The notes: generated by a model from the sequence alone, not told the origin. A stretch of 64,000 bases of DNA from an uncultured virus (IMG/VR IMGVR_UViG_3300046506_000102) (IMGVR_UViG_3300046506_000102), one strand, 5' to 3'; counted from the stretch's first letter, positions 37,827 to 47,486 are shown. Numbers and translations: made by a program.

Positions 37827-38147
37827 ATGGCTAATCAGCAAGGCGAAATGTACGCGGCTTACAAAGCCGAAACCGAAAAGAACAACACCAAGCCGGAAAT
37901 CATCAGCGGTTTTGAAGCGGTTGCCGAATTCATGCGGAACAACAAGTTCCCGGAAAAGCCGTACAGCCATGCCCCTAAGTTTTGGGGCGGGCCGGGCAAG
38001 GTGTACGATCTGGCGGATGGTCGCGTTGCCGAACTATCGCAAACGAATAGCGCGGTTGGAACACCGTTGCTTGCCATCTTTGCCAACCAAACCGATCATC
38101 TGAACTACCGAAAAGCGATGCCACTAAATACCTATCTGTACGGCTAA
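37827..38147 (+). CDS. Hypothetical early protein (own promoter and terminator)
   Basis: Promoter 37770, SD AGGAGG, terminator 38159-38182. Confidence 0.7.
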   Translation: MANQQGEMYAAYKAETEKNNTKPEIISGFEAVAEFMRNNKFPEKPYSHAPKFWGGPGKVYDLADGRVAELSQTNSAVGTPLLAIFANQTDHLNYRKAMPLNTYLYG

Positions 38148-38158
38148 CCCGCTCAATC

Positions 38159-38182
38159 AACCCCGCTTCGGCGGGGTTTTTT
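38159..38182 (+). terminator. Rho-independent terminator
   Basis: AACCCCGC-TTCG-GCGGGGTT-TTTT. Confidence 0.85.
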
Positions 38183-38253
38183 ATTTGTATATTACCTGTT
38201 GACCATCGCAATTTTCACCGCTATAACCAACGCAACGAATTGGAGATGGCGAC

Positions 38254-39096
38254 ATGACCACCGCAGCACACGTTTTCGAACTTTCCCATAACGGCAAAGC
38301 GCCCTTCCGTTGCGTTGGCGTGGCTAGCATCCCCTCGCCTTCGTTGGCTGAACAGAACCCGACCGCGTACAACAACGCGCTCGCCATGCTGCCGAAGGGC
38401 ATCGGCTGCGGTTCCTGCGCTCATTGCGGGACGGCGATCATGCACAATTACATCATCGTTTCGTCCGAAGGTAATAAGTTCGTTGTCGGTTCCGAATGCG
38501 TCATGAAAACCGGTGATGCGGGCTTGATCGCCACCGTCAAGGCGGAACGTTCCCGCATGGCTGCGGAAAAGCGCGAAGTTCGCCGCAACACAAACCGCGC
38601 CGAACGCGAAGCATCTTGGAAAGCCGAACGCGAAGCCAACGCAAAGCATTTCGCGATGATCTACGCTGATTTGATCACCAAGGCACAGCCGCATATGCAA
38701 ATCGCGTTCATCAAAGACGTGATCGAAGGTGGCTTATCGGGCCGGTTCATTTCCGACAAGGCTATCAGTGCGGTTGCCCGCGTAATCGAAAGCATCGAAC
38801 AGCGCGCTATCTGGAAAGCCAATTCCCGCCACACCGGCACCGTTGGCAAGCGTCAAACGTTCAACGTGGTGGTTGACCGCATCGCCTCTTATGAGCGCCC
38901 GTCGTTCGCTGGTTACGGCTATGACCGCGTTTGGATCGTCACCATGCGCGACGAAGCCGGAAACGCGATCGTTAGCAAGTCAACCGCATTCTGCCCGGAT
39001 CAGGGCGCAAACCTGACGATCAAGGCGACCGTCAAGGAACATTCGTCATATGATGGCGAACAGCAGACAATCGTTCAGCGGATCAAGGTTGCTTGA
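38254..39096 (+). CDS. Hypothetical protein (Zn-binding N-terminus, OB-fold-like C-terminus)
   Basis: CAHCG...VGSEC; IKATVKEHSSYDGEQQTIVQR. Confidence 0.7.
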   Translation: MTTAAHVFELSHNGKAPFRCVGVASIPSPSLAEQNPTAYNNALAMLPKGIGCGSCAHCGTAIMHNYIIVSSEGNKFVVGSECVMKTGDAGLIATVKAERSRMAAEKREVRRNTNRAEREASWKAEREANAKHFAMIYADLITKAQPHMQIAFIKDVIEGGLSGRFISDKAISAVARVIESIEQRAIWKANSRHTGTVGKRQTFNVVVDRIASYERPSFAGYGYDRVWIVTMRDEAGNAIVSKSTAFCPDQGANLTIKATVKEHSSYDGEQQTIVQRIKVA

Positions 39097-39097
39097 T

Positions 39098-39578
39098 ATG
39101 AAACTAACTCAACCCCAAATCACGGCCCTGCAATTCCTCGCTAAAGGGCCATGGGTAGCGCCATGGTGGGGCGGGAAACCGCACATTACACGACCGAAGG
39201 AATTGCCTGCCGCAACACTTAGCAAGCTTGTAACGCTGCGCTATGTCAGGATTATGCACGTTGGGCGGTTCGATCCCGTCACAACGATCACCGAAGCCGG
39301 GTTGAAAGCTCTGAACGACACGATCACCGCAACCGCACAGAAGATATTGAAAGGTGCAATCAACAATGGACTTTAGACATCAAAACGTCGTTGCGCTGTT
39401 CGAAAGAGCAAAAGAAATCGTCATGTTGTCGAAAACTGAATTGGGTTATTCCGACATTGGCGACGTAATCGTAATGTTTCTGCGCGCCGAAATCTCATCC
39501 TTCGAAGCAATCGAAAAGATGAACAATTTGGCTATCGATTATGAACGCAAGCGATCGGCTGGAAAATTGTGGCGCTAA
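39098..39578 (+). other. Two small hypothetical genes (39098-39376, 39366-39578)
   Basis: Overlapping ORFs converging on the MuF-like gene. Confidence 0.5.
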
Positions 39579-40600
39579 TCGATATTCGCCAGCCAATCAA
39601 TTTTCATTTTGGTTCGGCAGCGGCAGTTGATCGTTTCGGACGCATCAGCACCAAGCGAGCTATCACCCGGAAACATCAGCAATTGCCCTGATGGCGTCTT
39701 GAACGGTTCATCCAAACCAACGGTTTGACCGTTCATTTCCGCATGCGAATGTCTCACGCGGCTATCTCCCGCATCGTCCCATTCGCGTTTAACGTCCTTT
39801 TGTTTGACCGCGCCCATATCGGACGCTTGCAACAACGCTTCGTGCTGCGAACGATTGAGCGATTGAATTGTTTCGGTGCGCGAGATCGTTTCACCACGCA
39901 ATTGCAACAAGCTGGATTTGTAACGAATAACCAGCTTGTCGATTGTTGCTTGATCCAACGGTTGACCGCTATCGATCGCCTTTCTAACGATGCCGTCAAA
40001 CCGCTTATCGCGCCGCGCTCGCGTGAAATACCGTTCGTTCAACTCCGAAAGATCGCGACTTGCGTTCGCAACCCAACCTTCCTGTTGCTGCGTCAAGCCG
40101 ATAATTCCGCCGACACGCTTCCCGGTGCGCGTATCAATGCGCCCGACAATATCAAGAGCGGTTGAACGCGGGTTATCGCCAGCCTCAAGACCGCGCGTAA
40201 TGACGTTGCGGACGTTCACCCGCGCGTCTTCCTGAATTTGAACGATCAGCCGCGACGATTGCTCTTTCAACCACTGTTCGGCACGCGGGTTCGTCACGTC
40301 GAAACGGAACACCGCCCTGCCCGCGCCTGTGTTCAGCACCTTGGGGAAAGTTGATCCGACCGCAACGCCGCCTTGCTCGAATACCGTTTGCAACGCTGCT
40401 GTGATCGGCCGCAGTGACGCATTGGACATGCCTAGCGTGGTGAACGCCTTTTCATAATCCTTCGCCTGAACGGCCTTGATCAAGTCTGTCAAAATCACCT
40501 GATCGTTGACGCCCTGAATTGCAGCCCGGAAGGCATCGCGAATTTTAGGCGCGAGTTTGTCAATTAGTTCATCAAGGATTTGTTCAAGCGATTTTGCCAT
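39575..40600 (-). CDS. Head morphogenesis protein (SPP1 gp7/MuF-like)
   Basis: ETISRTE, DSRVRHSH, FPGD...INCRC. Confidence 0.88.
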   Translation of the reverse strand: MAKSLEQILDELIDKLAPKIRDAFRAAIQGVNDQVILTDLIKAVQAKDYEKAFTTLGMSNASLRPITAALQTVFEQGGVAVGSTFPKVLNTGAGRAVFRFDVTNPRAEQWLKEQSSRLIVQIQEDARVNVRNVITRGLEAGDNPRSTALDIVGRIDTRTGKRVGGIIGLTQQQEGWVANASRDLSELNERYFTRARRDKRFDGIVRKAIDSGQPLDQATIDKLVIRYKSSLLQLRGETISRTETIQSLNRSQHEALLQASDMGAVKQKDVKREWDDAGDSRVRHSHAEMNGQTVGLDEPFKTPSGQLLMFPGDSSLGADASETINCRCRTKMKIDWLANID

Positions 40601-40664
40601 TTACTTGACTGCCATAAGAAAGGCTATGAAACAGATCAGGGCTATTAGTTCGTTTGACATCCTG

Positions 40665-41027
40665 TTAGCCACCCGCCCGAAAAATAATCACGTTGACCAC
40701 CGGGGTTCCAACCGGGGGAATGGGTTGAATAGCAACAATTTTATACGGAACGCCGTCCGCCTCGATTGATCCGGTCATTTCTGGCGTGAACCGAGCATCA
40801 ACAGGCGCGATAACTTGAAGATCGGTCGCGACCGCCAACCCGCTTTGAACGTACTTGAATTTAACGCCCGTCGCTATTGCCGGGATCGTGAACGGCGTTT
40901 TCGTCGGCGGGCCGGGGTTATCAACAGGACCGTTGCCCGGCACAACTTGAACATATTTGACCAAGCCTTGCTGGAATTCGGTCAACACGCCCCGCGCTAC
41001 TTCCTGCATTTCATCATAGAACGTCAT
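40665..41027 (-). CDS. Head closure / head-tail joining protein
   Basis: Position after the adaptor; size typical. Confidence 0.65.
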   Translation of the reverse strand: MTFYDEMQEVARGVLTEFQQGLVKYVQVVPGNGPVDNPGPPTKTPFTIPAIATGVKFKYVQSGLAVATDLQVIAPVDARFTPEMTGSIEADGVPYKIVAIQPIPPVGTPVVNVIIFRAGG

Positions 41028-41132
41028 ATGATTTCCCCCTTGTTCATCAACTTACCACTTGACGATTTAGAAAACCATCACTAGAAACACCGTATTGTGA
41101 GTTTTTAACCACCATCAGGGAAATCTATCAAA

Positions 41133-41564
41133 ATGGCAAAACCCGCCACTGCTTCCAGCACCCCCAAGACGAAGACCGCACAGCCGCCGCGCGTCGCGCC
41201 GGTTCTTACTGCGGTTTCCAACTCCGTTCCGATGCCCGATCGCAATGCCAATCGCGGAAGCAAGACTTCGTATCCGTTCGAAGCGCTGACCGCTGCGGGC
41301 ATGTCGTTCGGCGTGAAGAACAAGACTTCGAAACAGCTTGCTTCGATCATCAGCAATCAGAACCGCAAGCCCGGCCCGACCAAGCGCAATCCGGATGGTT
41401 CGATCGTCTACAAAACGTCGGACATGACCGACGCGCAGGGCAACGTGACGAAGGTTCCGACCAACGAGCCGGAAACGATGCCCGGCAAGCAGTTCTTCGC
41501 CGTCGATTGCGATCCGAAGACCGATCCGGACGGCGCCAGCGTTCGCGTGTTCCGCCAGTCGTAA
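41133..41564 (+). CDS. Putative DNA-binding protein, opposite strand within the head operon
   Basis: RGSKTSYPFEAL...SFGV...VRVFR; own terminator at ~41588-41622. Confidence 0.65.
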   Translation: MAKPATASSTPKTKTAQPPRVAPVLTAVSNSVPMPDRNANRGSKTSYPFEALTAAGMSFGVKNKTSKQLASIISNQNRKPGPTKRNPDGSIVYKTSDMTDAQGNVTKVPTNEPETMPGKQFFAVDCDPKTDPDGASVRVFRQS

Positions 41565-41587
41565 CACCGGCAATTCTCCACAACATC

Positions 41588-41622
41588 ACCGCCCTGTAAT
41601 TCGCTTTACAGGGCGGTTTTCT
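41588..41622 (+). terminator. Rho-independent terminator
   Basis: ACCGCCCTGTAA-ttcgct-TTACAGGGCGGT-TTTCTT. Confidence 0.8.
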
Positions 41623-41623
41623 T

Positions 41624-42133
41624 TTAGACCCTAGCGACGAAGCCCGACACCGCCGAAAAGCTACCAGTGCCCGCCCCTGTAAGAATGGGGGCCAACATGG
41701 CAGCAAGCGCGGGCATCTGAGTTTGAAAGTCGTATGCATCGCCGATTGCGTATGTCACCGACACCGCGCCGCTAACCGAAACGCTGCGATATTTCGACGG
41801 GTTGTAATCCTTGAAAAACACGCCCGGTGTCTGCAACTGGCGAAACGCCGCTTGATATGTTGCCGCAAGCACCTCGCGGGGAATGTCGGTGCTTGGTACG
41901 GAATACCCGTAATTATCCTGTACACCGATACGCGGCCATTCACGAACCTGATCGCGTCCGCCGACTTTCAACCCCATGTATTGCGTTCGAAACGCAGCAT
42001 CCAAATATTCGGACGCCACAAGCAACGCTGCATTGATTTCGTTATCGTCAAACGCGACGATCGCGGCTTGCTGCCCACGCGCAACCCAATAGGTTTCGAA
42101 GTCGGTCGCATTGCCATAAACCGGATCGGTCAT
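41624..42133 (-). CDS. Head-tail adaptor (DnaT-like family)
   Basis: AALLVASEYLD...G...Q.REWPR...IPREV..AT. Confidence 0.8.
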   Translation of the reverse strand: MTDPVYGNATDFETYWVARGQQAAIVAFDDNEINAALLVASEYLDAAFRTQYMGLKVGGRDQVREWPRIGVQDNYGYSVPSTDIPREVLAATYQAAFRQLQTPGVFFKDYNPSKYRSVSVSGAVSVTYAIGDAYDFQTQMPALAAMLAPILTGAGTGSFSAVSGFVARV

Positions 42134-42216
42134 CTTCCATCCCCGTCAAAAGAAAAGCCCGCTACGGCGAACCGTAGCGGGCAGGATAGCACATTCCGCC
42201 GATGGTCTATAGACGG

Positions 42217-42633
42217 TTAAGCGTTGTCCGTCGCGGAATTCGACTTGATGGAAAGCAGAACGTTCCAAGCGTCCTGATTGGACGCGTAGCCGTCCGGATC
42301 GATGCCTTCCACGTCGTCAACCGGCTTGCCACCGTTGGCGCCGTCAACGATGTAGAACTTGTTTTTCTTCTGCATCACGCCGAACTTATCGTAATTGGGA
42401 CCGGCTTCCGCGCCGTTGTTGCCGGTGTCGGTCGTGATGGTGGTCGTGGCTTTCACGTTGCGACGCGGGGGCGTGAATTCCGGTTCGGCGGCAGCACGCA
42501 ACACACCTTGTTCGTCGTACTGTTCATCGGCGACATGCAACTCATGTTCGCCTTCGATGAAATCGGATGCGTTGATGCGCACCGGGCCGTTTTCGCTCTT
42601 GATCACTTTGACTGCGGTTGTTTCGTTGGTCAT
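42217..42633 (-). CDS. Head-associated hypothetical protein
   Basis: VRINASDF...HEL motif, typical downstream of P22-coat-like capsid genes. Confidence 0.6.
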   Translation of the reverse strand: MTNETTAVKVIKSENGPVRINASDFIEGEHELHVADEQYDEQGVLRAAAEPEFTPPRRNVKATTTITTDTGNNGAEAGPNYDKFGVMQKKNKFYIVDGANGGKPVDDVEGIDPDGYASNQDAWNVLLSIKSNSATDNA

Positions 42634-42657
42634 AGGTCTTTCCTTTCTCGCTAGAGG

Positions 42658-43119
42658 TTACGCCGATTTGGTACTCTTTCGGCCCGCCTCAATCGATTGG
42701 GCCAAATGGTTCATTTGTTCTTTCATTTCCTCAAACCCGCGATGCACGTCAGCTTTTAGTTCGCTGTGCTTGTCGTTGAAGTCGCGCTTTAGTTCGTCCG
42801 TCGCCTTATAGAAGCTATCGCGCCGCATGTAGTTTTCGGCCATCTGCGCACGGAAATCGGAGAACCCTAATTGCAACGCATGGATGTTCGCTGTGATCGC
42901 TTCAAATCCAACTTTAGAGTTGGACGCGGCGTTAGCGTTCTTTTCGATGAACTCGAAACGCAACGCGTTATATTTTTCGGTAGTATCTTTTTCGAGCGCG
43001 CCAAATCTAGCTGTGAGTTTGCTTCCGCCGCCGAACAAGTCTTTGCCGAGCACGATTGCAAGGCTGATGCCGGTGAAAATCAAAGCGATCGTTGAACTGT
43101 CCATGTGCCCGGTCATCAC
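42658..43119 (-). CDS. Single-TM coiled-coil membrane protein (holin candidate, unproven)
   Basis: N-terminal TM helix IALIFTGISLAIVLG then coiled coil. Confidence 0.5.
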   Translation of the reverse strand: MMTGHMDSSTIALIFTGISLAIVLGKDLFGGGSKLTARFGALEKDTTEKYNALRFEFIEKNANAASNSKVGFEAITANIHALQLGFSDFRAQMAENYMRRDSFYKATDELKRDFNDKHSELKADVHRGFEEMKEQMNHLAQSIEAGRKSTKSA

Positions 43120-43198
43120 TGGATAGAATTAAGACAAAGGGCCGGGCGGTACTTCCGCGCCCGGCCCCAATCGTCACGCAACCGCCAGTGGCAAGTTA

Positions 43199-44443
43199 CT
43201 AACCGAGAAGGCCCGCGATATGTTCCGGCTTGATCGCCTTCACACCCCATGCCTGCGCCACTTCCGCGCGGATTTTCCGATAACCGGCATAGATGGCGAC
43301 TTCGAACACCATGCCCGAACGCGGATCGGTGATGTTGATCCGGTCAATGGCAAGATCGCCTTCGTTCGGCAGCGCGGGCGCACGGGCCACAAGCCGCAAA
43401 GCGTTCGGCGAAAACGCGGTGCTGCCGACATGCGCGGCAACCACGGTGATGGCGGTTGCAGATGCCGGGATAGCCACGCGCAAGCCCGGTGCGTTCAGCG
43501 TGATCGAACCGCCCGCCGCCGCGCTGGCGAGACCACCACCGGGGGCAACCGTATACACGTTGTTGTCACCCGCGAACTTGATCGAAGTACCGGCCGGAAT
43601 GGTGCCGGAACCCGCCGCCGCGATCGGAATAACGGTGGTGCCCTTCGCGAAGCCCGCTGCGGTGGTGGTGGAGCCCGCTGCGGTGCCTGCGCCGATCAAC
43701 GGGACGCCAGCGCTTTCCTTGATGTTCAGGCCGGCAAGGTTGATCAGGGTACCATCGGTCAGAACCATCTGCGTTCCGGCTTCGTTGGCCTTGGTCAGAT
43801 TGGTCAACGAACGGAGATTTGCGCCCGCAGTGGTGTCAACAATGAGCGCACGGCCGGTCAGCGGTGCGCCGTTGTCGTCAAGGATTTTGCGAACCTGCGC
43901 AGCATCACCAACGGTGCTTGCAAACGGCGTGGTGCCAGCGGTACCCCACCAACGCGACACGTTCGCGGCGGCTTCGGCGGCAAGATCAACTTCGATTGCG
44001 TTCGTCAGCGTGCGGAGTGCCTGCGCGAACAAATCCGCCTGCACCGACAGATAGCCCGAACCGGTGTTCAACCCGCGCTGTTCTTCACCAGTGAAGCCGA
44101 ACGGGACGGCCTTGGATTTGGTAATCGAGATCGTGCCGTTGCCGATGGTGTTATCCGGGGGTTCCGGAATGCTCATTGCGGGCGTGACATCCACCATGCC
44201 TTGCTGCGGCGTGACGAAATACACGATCGATTGACCGACCGCCGCGCGTTCTGCGGAAACGTCGCGAACAACGGAGGGAATGTAGCCGACCAACTCACGC
44301 GAAACCACGTCAAGGCCCGCGTAAAGGTCGGGGATCAGCCGGGTTAGCGTGTTGGCGTAAGCCGCCATGTGAACGATGGCCGGGGCAGAGATCAGCGCCG
44401 ACGCAGTGAGCAGCGACGGCTTAATAAGAGACTTCGCGCGCAT
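43199..44443 (-). CDS. Major capsid protein (P22 coat-like) with N-terminal leader
   Basis: ANTLTRLIPDLYAGLDVVSRELVG...WGVKAIKPEH; SD AGGAG 9 nt before ATG 44443. Confidence 0.9.
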   Translation of the reverse strand: MRAKSLIKPSLLTASALISAPAIVHMAAYANTLTRLIPDLYAGLDVVSRELVGYIPSVVRDVSAERAAVGQSIVYFVTPQQGMVDVTPAMSIPEPPDNTIGNGTISITKSKAVPFGFTGEEQRGLNTGSGYLSVQADLFAQALRTLTNAIEVDLAAEAAANVSRWWGTAGTTPFASTVGDAAQVRKILDDNGAPLTGRALIVDTTAGANLRSLTNLTKANEAGTQMVLTDGTLINLAGLNIKESAGVPLIGAGTAAGSTTTAAGFAKGTTVIPIAAAGSGTIPAGTSIKFAGDNNVYTVAPGGGLASAAAGGSITLNAPGLRVAIPASATAITVVAAHVGSTAFSPNALRLVARAPALPNEGDLAIDRINITDPRSGMVFEVAIYAGYRKIRAEVAQAWGVKAIKPEHIAGLLG

Positions 44444-44689
44444 GTTGCAACGCTCCTAATCAGATGATGTTTCGGGATTGGTCTAAGTGCATCATCCGAT
44501 GCGAAACGCCGCATTGCCATCCGGTCTAGCGACTAGTTGCAATCGGTAAACGTGTTCGCGTTTTTGGTCAAGCGCTGATGATAGCTCAAAACGTAAAGGG
44601 CGCGCAGTTTCCCCCATCAAAAAGAACTGCGCGCCCTCCGATCAAGTCGAGTTGCCAGCGACGAACAACCCGACGATGGTTGTTAGTGG

Positions 44690-45541
44690 TCAATCAACGA
44701 TAGTCACGACACCCTTAGCCATTTCGCCCGCAATGCGCGCCTGTTCATGGCCCGGCATTTTGTCGTATTCAGCGCGAGCAACGGTGCGCCCGCCGCCGCG
44801 ATTGCCACCGTTGCCGCCACCGCCGCCGCCGCTGTTGTTGTTCGCCTTCAAGATGACGGCTTTCTGCGGATGCTGATCCACAAGAATTTCCAGCGCTTCG
44901 GCCGCATCTGCAACTTGGCCGGTGTTCTTTTTGCTGAAAATACGGTTTCCGCTCTTGTCGAAAGCTTCAACTCGCCCATCATCCGCAACCTTCAAATTGT
45001 TGCGAAAGTAGGCTTGGAACATATCGAGCGGCATAGCGATGTTTTCGCGAACGAATTCCGATTGACTGAAAACGTTGTCAATTCGCAAATCGTTCAGCGA
45101 AGATTTCAGCGTGCCGTTTTCCTTCGACAACGTTTCGATCTGTCCGCTGAATTGCGCCTTGATATCGTTCGTCACGCGATCGACTTCGCCCGCATCGATC
45201 AGCTTTTTCTTGTCAAGCTTATCGGTGATTTCGAGCGAGGCCCGCGCCTTGGCCGGATCGATGCCCTCGAAAGTCGCAAGCGTTGCTTCGGCCTTTTCGG
45301 CGCGCTCGCGGTGCTGCTTCGCTTCGCCGTTGATGCGCGTGATGGCGTCGGAATTCAACGTTCCTTCGCTGCCGTCCGCGTTGATCCAAATCGGGTTGCC
45401 ATCCTTCAACTGAATGGCCTTGCCGTCTTCGGTCAGCTTCCAACCGGCCTTACCGGGATCGAACACACGCAAATGAAGCCCGGCCATGTGAGCCGAAAGA
45501 AGCTTGGTTGCGATCGAATTGAAGATAACTGCTTTGGTCAT
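44690..45541 (-). CDS. Capsid scaffolding protein
   Basis: DGNPI..., LNSDAITRINGEAKQHRE, KLIDAGEVD, EALEILV, Gly-rich C-terminus; SD AAAGGA before ATG 45541. Confidence 0.85.
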   Translation of the reverse strand: MTKAVIFNSIATKLLSAHMAGLHLRVFDPGKAGWKLTEDGKAIQLKDGNPIWINADGSEGTLNSDAITRINGEAKQHRERAEKAEATLATFEGIDPAKARASLEITDKLDKKKLIDAGEVDRVTNDIKAQFSGQIETLSKENGTLKSSLNDLRIDNVFSQSEFVRENIAMPLDMFQAYFRNNLKVADDGRVEAFDKSGNRIFSKKNTGQVADAAEALEILVDQHPQKAVILKANNNSGGGGGGNGGNRGGGRTVARAEYDKMPGHEQARIAGEMAKGVVTIVD

Positions 45542-45618
45542 TGTCGCTTTTCCTTTGGTCATCCGACCATTGCGCCGCTTGCTATCCTGCTCACGACTGG
45601 TTGAGTTTACGCACGTAG

Positions 45619-45774
45619 TTACAAAACACCGGATCGCTGCACCTTCTTGATTTCCTCAAGAATGCGCTTGTTCAGGACATCGTTCGCGCCCTGCAATTTC
45701 AGAATGGTTGATTTCATTTCCGCGACATCGCGTTCAAGCGCTTCGATGCGGCGACGATTTTCAATGTCAGACAT
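45619..45774 (-). CDS. Small coiled-coil protein
   Basis: RIEALERDVAEMK; overlaps the portal stop. Confidence 0.5.
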   Translation of the reverse strand: MSDIENRRRIEALERDVAEMKSTILKLQGANDVLNKRILEEIKKVQRSGVL

Positions 45775-47482
45775 TTGCAGGGATTTGCTTTCGCGGTTGC
45801 GGTTTCTTCGGGTTGTTGGGCGGATTGCCGCCCGTATCGTCTGCGGCGTTCGGATCAACGGTGTCATCCGGGGTTTCTTCGAGCAACTGCCGTTTGTTCT
45901 CGTCTTCGTCCATATCCGGACGCACGGTATTGCGGCGCTTCAATTCGATGATGTAGTTTTCATGGCTCAAATCGCCGTTCGTGCGTGCGAACTGCAATGC
46001 GCTGTGATCGCTTGCTTGATCCGTGGTGAAATCGTCGAAGTCGTCATAGATATGTACGACGGGTTCGAAATCAGTTGTCTTTAGGTTCATCCAAAGACAG
46101 GTAAGCTTCATTGCGTTTTCAAGCGCTTCCTTTAACCCAACTGCCCACCAACCAACGGCCGAACGCGTCTTGCCTGCCGCATACGCAGTTGTGACAACGG
46201 TAAGGTTGCCGGATTGCGCGGTCAGCGGTTGCCGCCCAAGATCGCGAACAACGTCCTGCGTTTCTTTAATGTCGTCCTTTAGCCAACGCAGGTTTTCAGC
46301 GGGCGGAACGACATAATCCCAATGCCCGATTTTGCCGGTTGCGTCCGGTTCGGAATACAAGACGACGTTCGGGCCAACAGCGAGTTGCAGCGGTTTTCCG
46401 TCCGGTCCTTTTTGCGGCTTAACACCGTTCGCCGCGAGCATGGGATATGCGGACATCAACCGCGCGAATTTCAGCCCGCTTTCTTTCTGATACAACTCGA
46501 TTTGCGCATCAGCGGCAGCAAGCATCGGTTTCGAGAAACGCCACGTGCGCCCGTTGCGGCGACCGGTCGTGAACGGCACAAGCGGAATAACGCCGATCGA
46601 AATTGGCGCGCTATCAACCATGATGAACGTTTTGGTTTTGCCGTCTGCTTCAAGTTTTTCTTCGAATAGCGCCATCATCACCGAACCGTCGTCGGTGCGC
46701 TCGAAAACGCGAATGTGGTTCGGCGTACCCGGTTCAAGGATGCGCAACCGAACAAGCGTTTCCTTGCTGTTGATGATCTTGGACGTAGCTTCAAGCACGT
46801 TGCGGCCAAGCACGTGTGACCAAAACGGACGAATGTTTTGGTCTTTCTGATCTTGCTGCGTACGAACACGCGACGGATCAACCTTCGGGTAATCGACGTA
46901 AATCCAATCGATCGCGGAATTGATGCCGTTGAAAAACGTCACCGCACCGAATGACGACAAGCAATTCCCTGCCCCGTCAACATCCTTCGCAAATTCTTCA
47001 ATGTCGGGCGGCAGCGGAACCGGGTTGCCGGTTGCTTTGTCTTTGTCCTGTTGAAGTGTGATTGGTTCCTCAAACGGTTTGCCCGCGAGCATTTCAACAA
47101 CGTCACCATAGACGTTTGTCATTTCGGTTTGCAGCAAACGCGCGTTGTAATTGTCGGTCGGTTCGTTCGCAAATCGCGGCAAATACTTATCGCCGCGCCC
47201 TTTGACTGCGGTGTAACCTTCAATCAAATCGTCGGTCAAATCCCAATACGGAAGCATGTAAGCGCTATCTAAATTGCGAGCGCTCAAGTCTTCCTGCGTT
47301 GAACTGACCGTGACGATTTCCTGATTTGCTGCCCTTCGCGCCGCATCCATCAATGCGGAAATCAAGCCGGTGTTAACGCGACCGGGAGGGGCAGGCGGAA
47401 ACGAGTTGGGCAACGTACCGGGATCGAATGCGCGAATGCGAATTGCGTTCTTTGCGACGGTCGAAAGCATGTGATGGCGCAT
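45767..47482 (-). CDS. Portal protein (DUF4055-like)
   Basis: KYLPRF..E...YNARL; between terL and scaffold. Confidence 0.88.
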   Translation of the reverse strand: MRHHMLSTVAKNAIRIRAFDPGTLPNSFPPAPPGRVNTGLISALMDAARRAANQEIVTVSSTQEDLSARNLDSAYMLPYWDLTDDLIEGYTAVKGRGDKYLPRFANEPTDNYNARLLQTEMTNVYGDVVEMLAGKPFEEPITLQQDKDKATGNPVPLPPDIEEFAKDVDGAGNCLSSFGAVTFFNGINSAIDWIYVDYPKVDPSRVRTQQDQKDQNIRPFWSHVLGRNVLEATSKIINSKETLVRLRILEPGTPNHIRVFERTDDGSVMMALFEEKLEADGKTKTFIMVDSAPISIGVIPLVPFTTGRRNGRTWRFSKPMLAAADAQIELYQKESGLKFARLMSAYPMLAANGVKPQKGPDGKPLQLAVGPNVVLYSEPDATGKIGHWDYVVPPAENLRWLKDDIKETQDVVRDLGRQPLTAQSGNLTVVTTAYAAGKTRSAVGWWAVGLKEALENAMKLTCLWMNLKTTDFEPVVHIYDDFDDFTTDQASDHSALQFARTNGDLSHENYIIELKRRNTVRPDMDEDENKRQLLEETPDDTVDPNAADDTGGNPPNNPKKPQPRKQIPANV

Positions 47483-47486
47483 GATA

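Noticed and set aside
43220..45604. Long plus-strand ORFs (43220-44347, 44747-45604) and similar antisense ORFs such as 6553-7434 and 22968-23756
   Set aside because: Shadow frames of GC-rich genes on the opposite strand; no motifs or SDs
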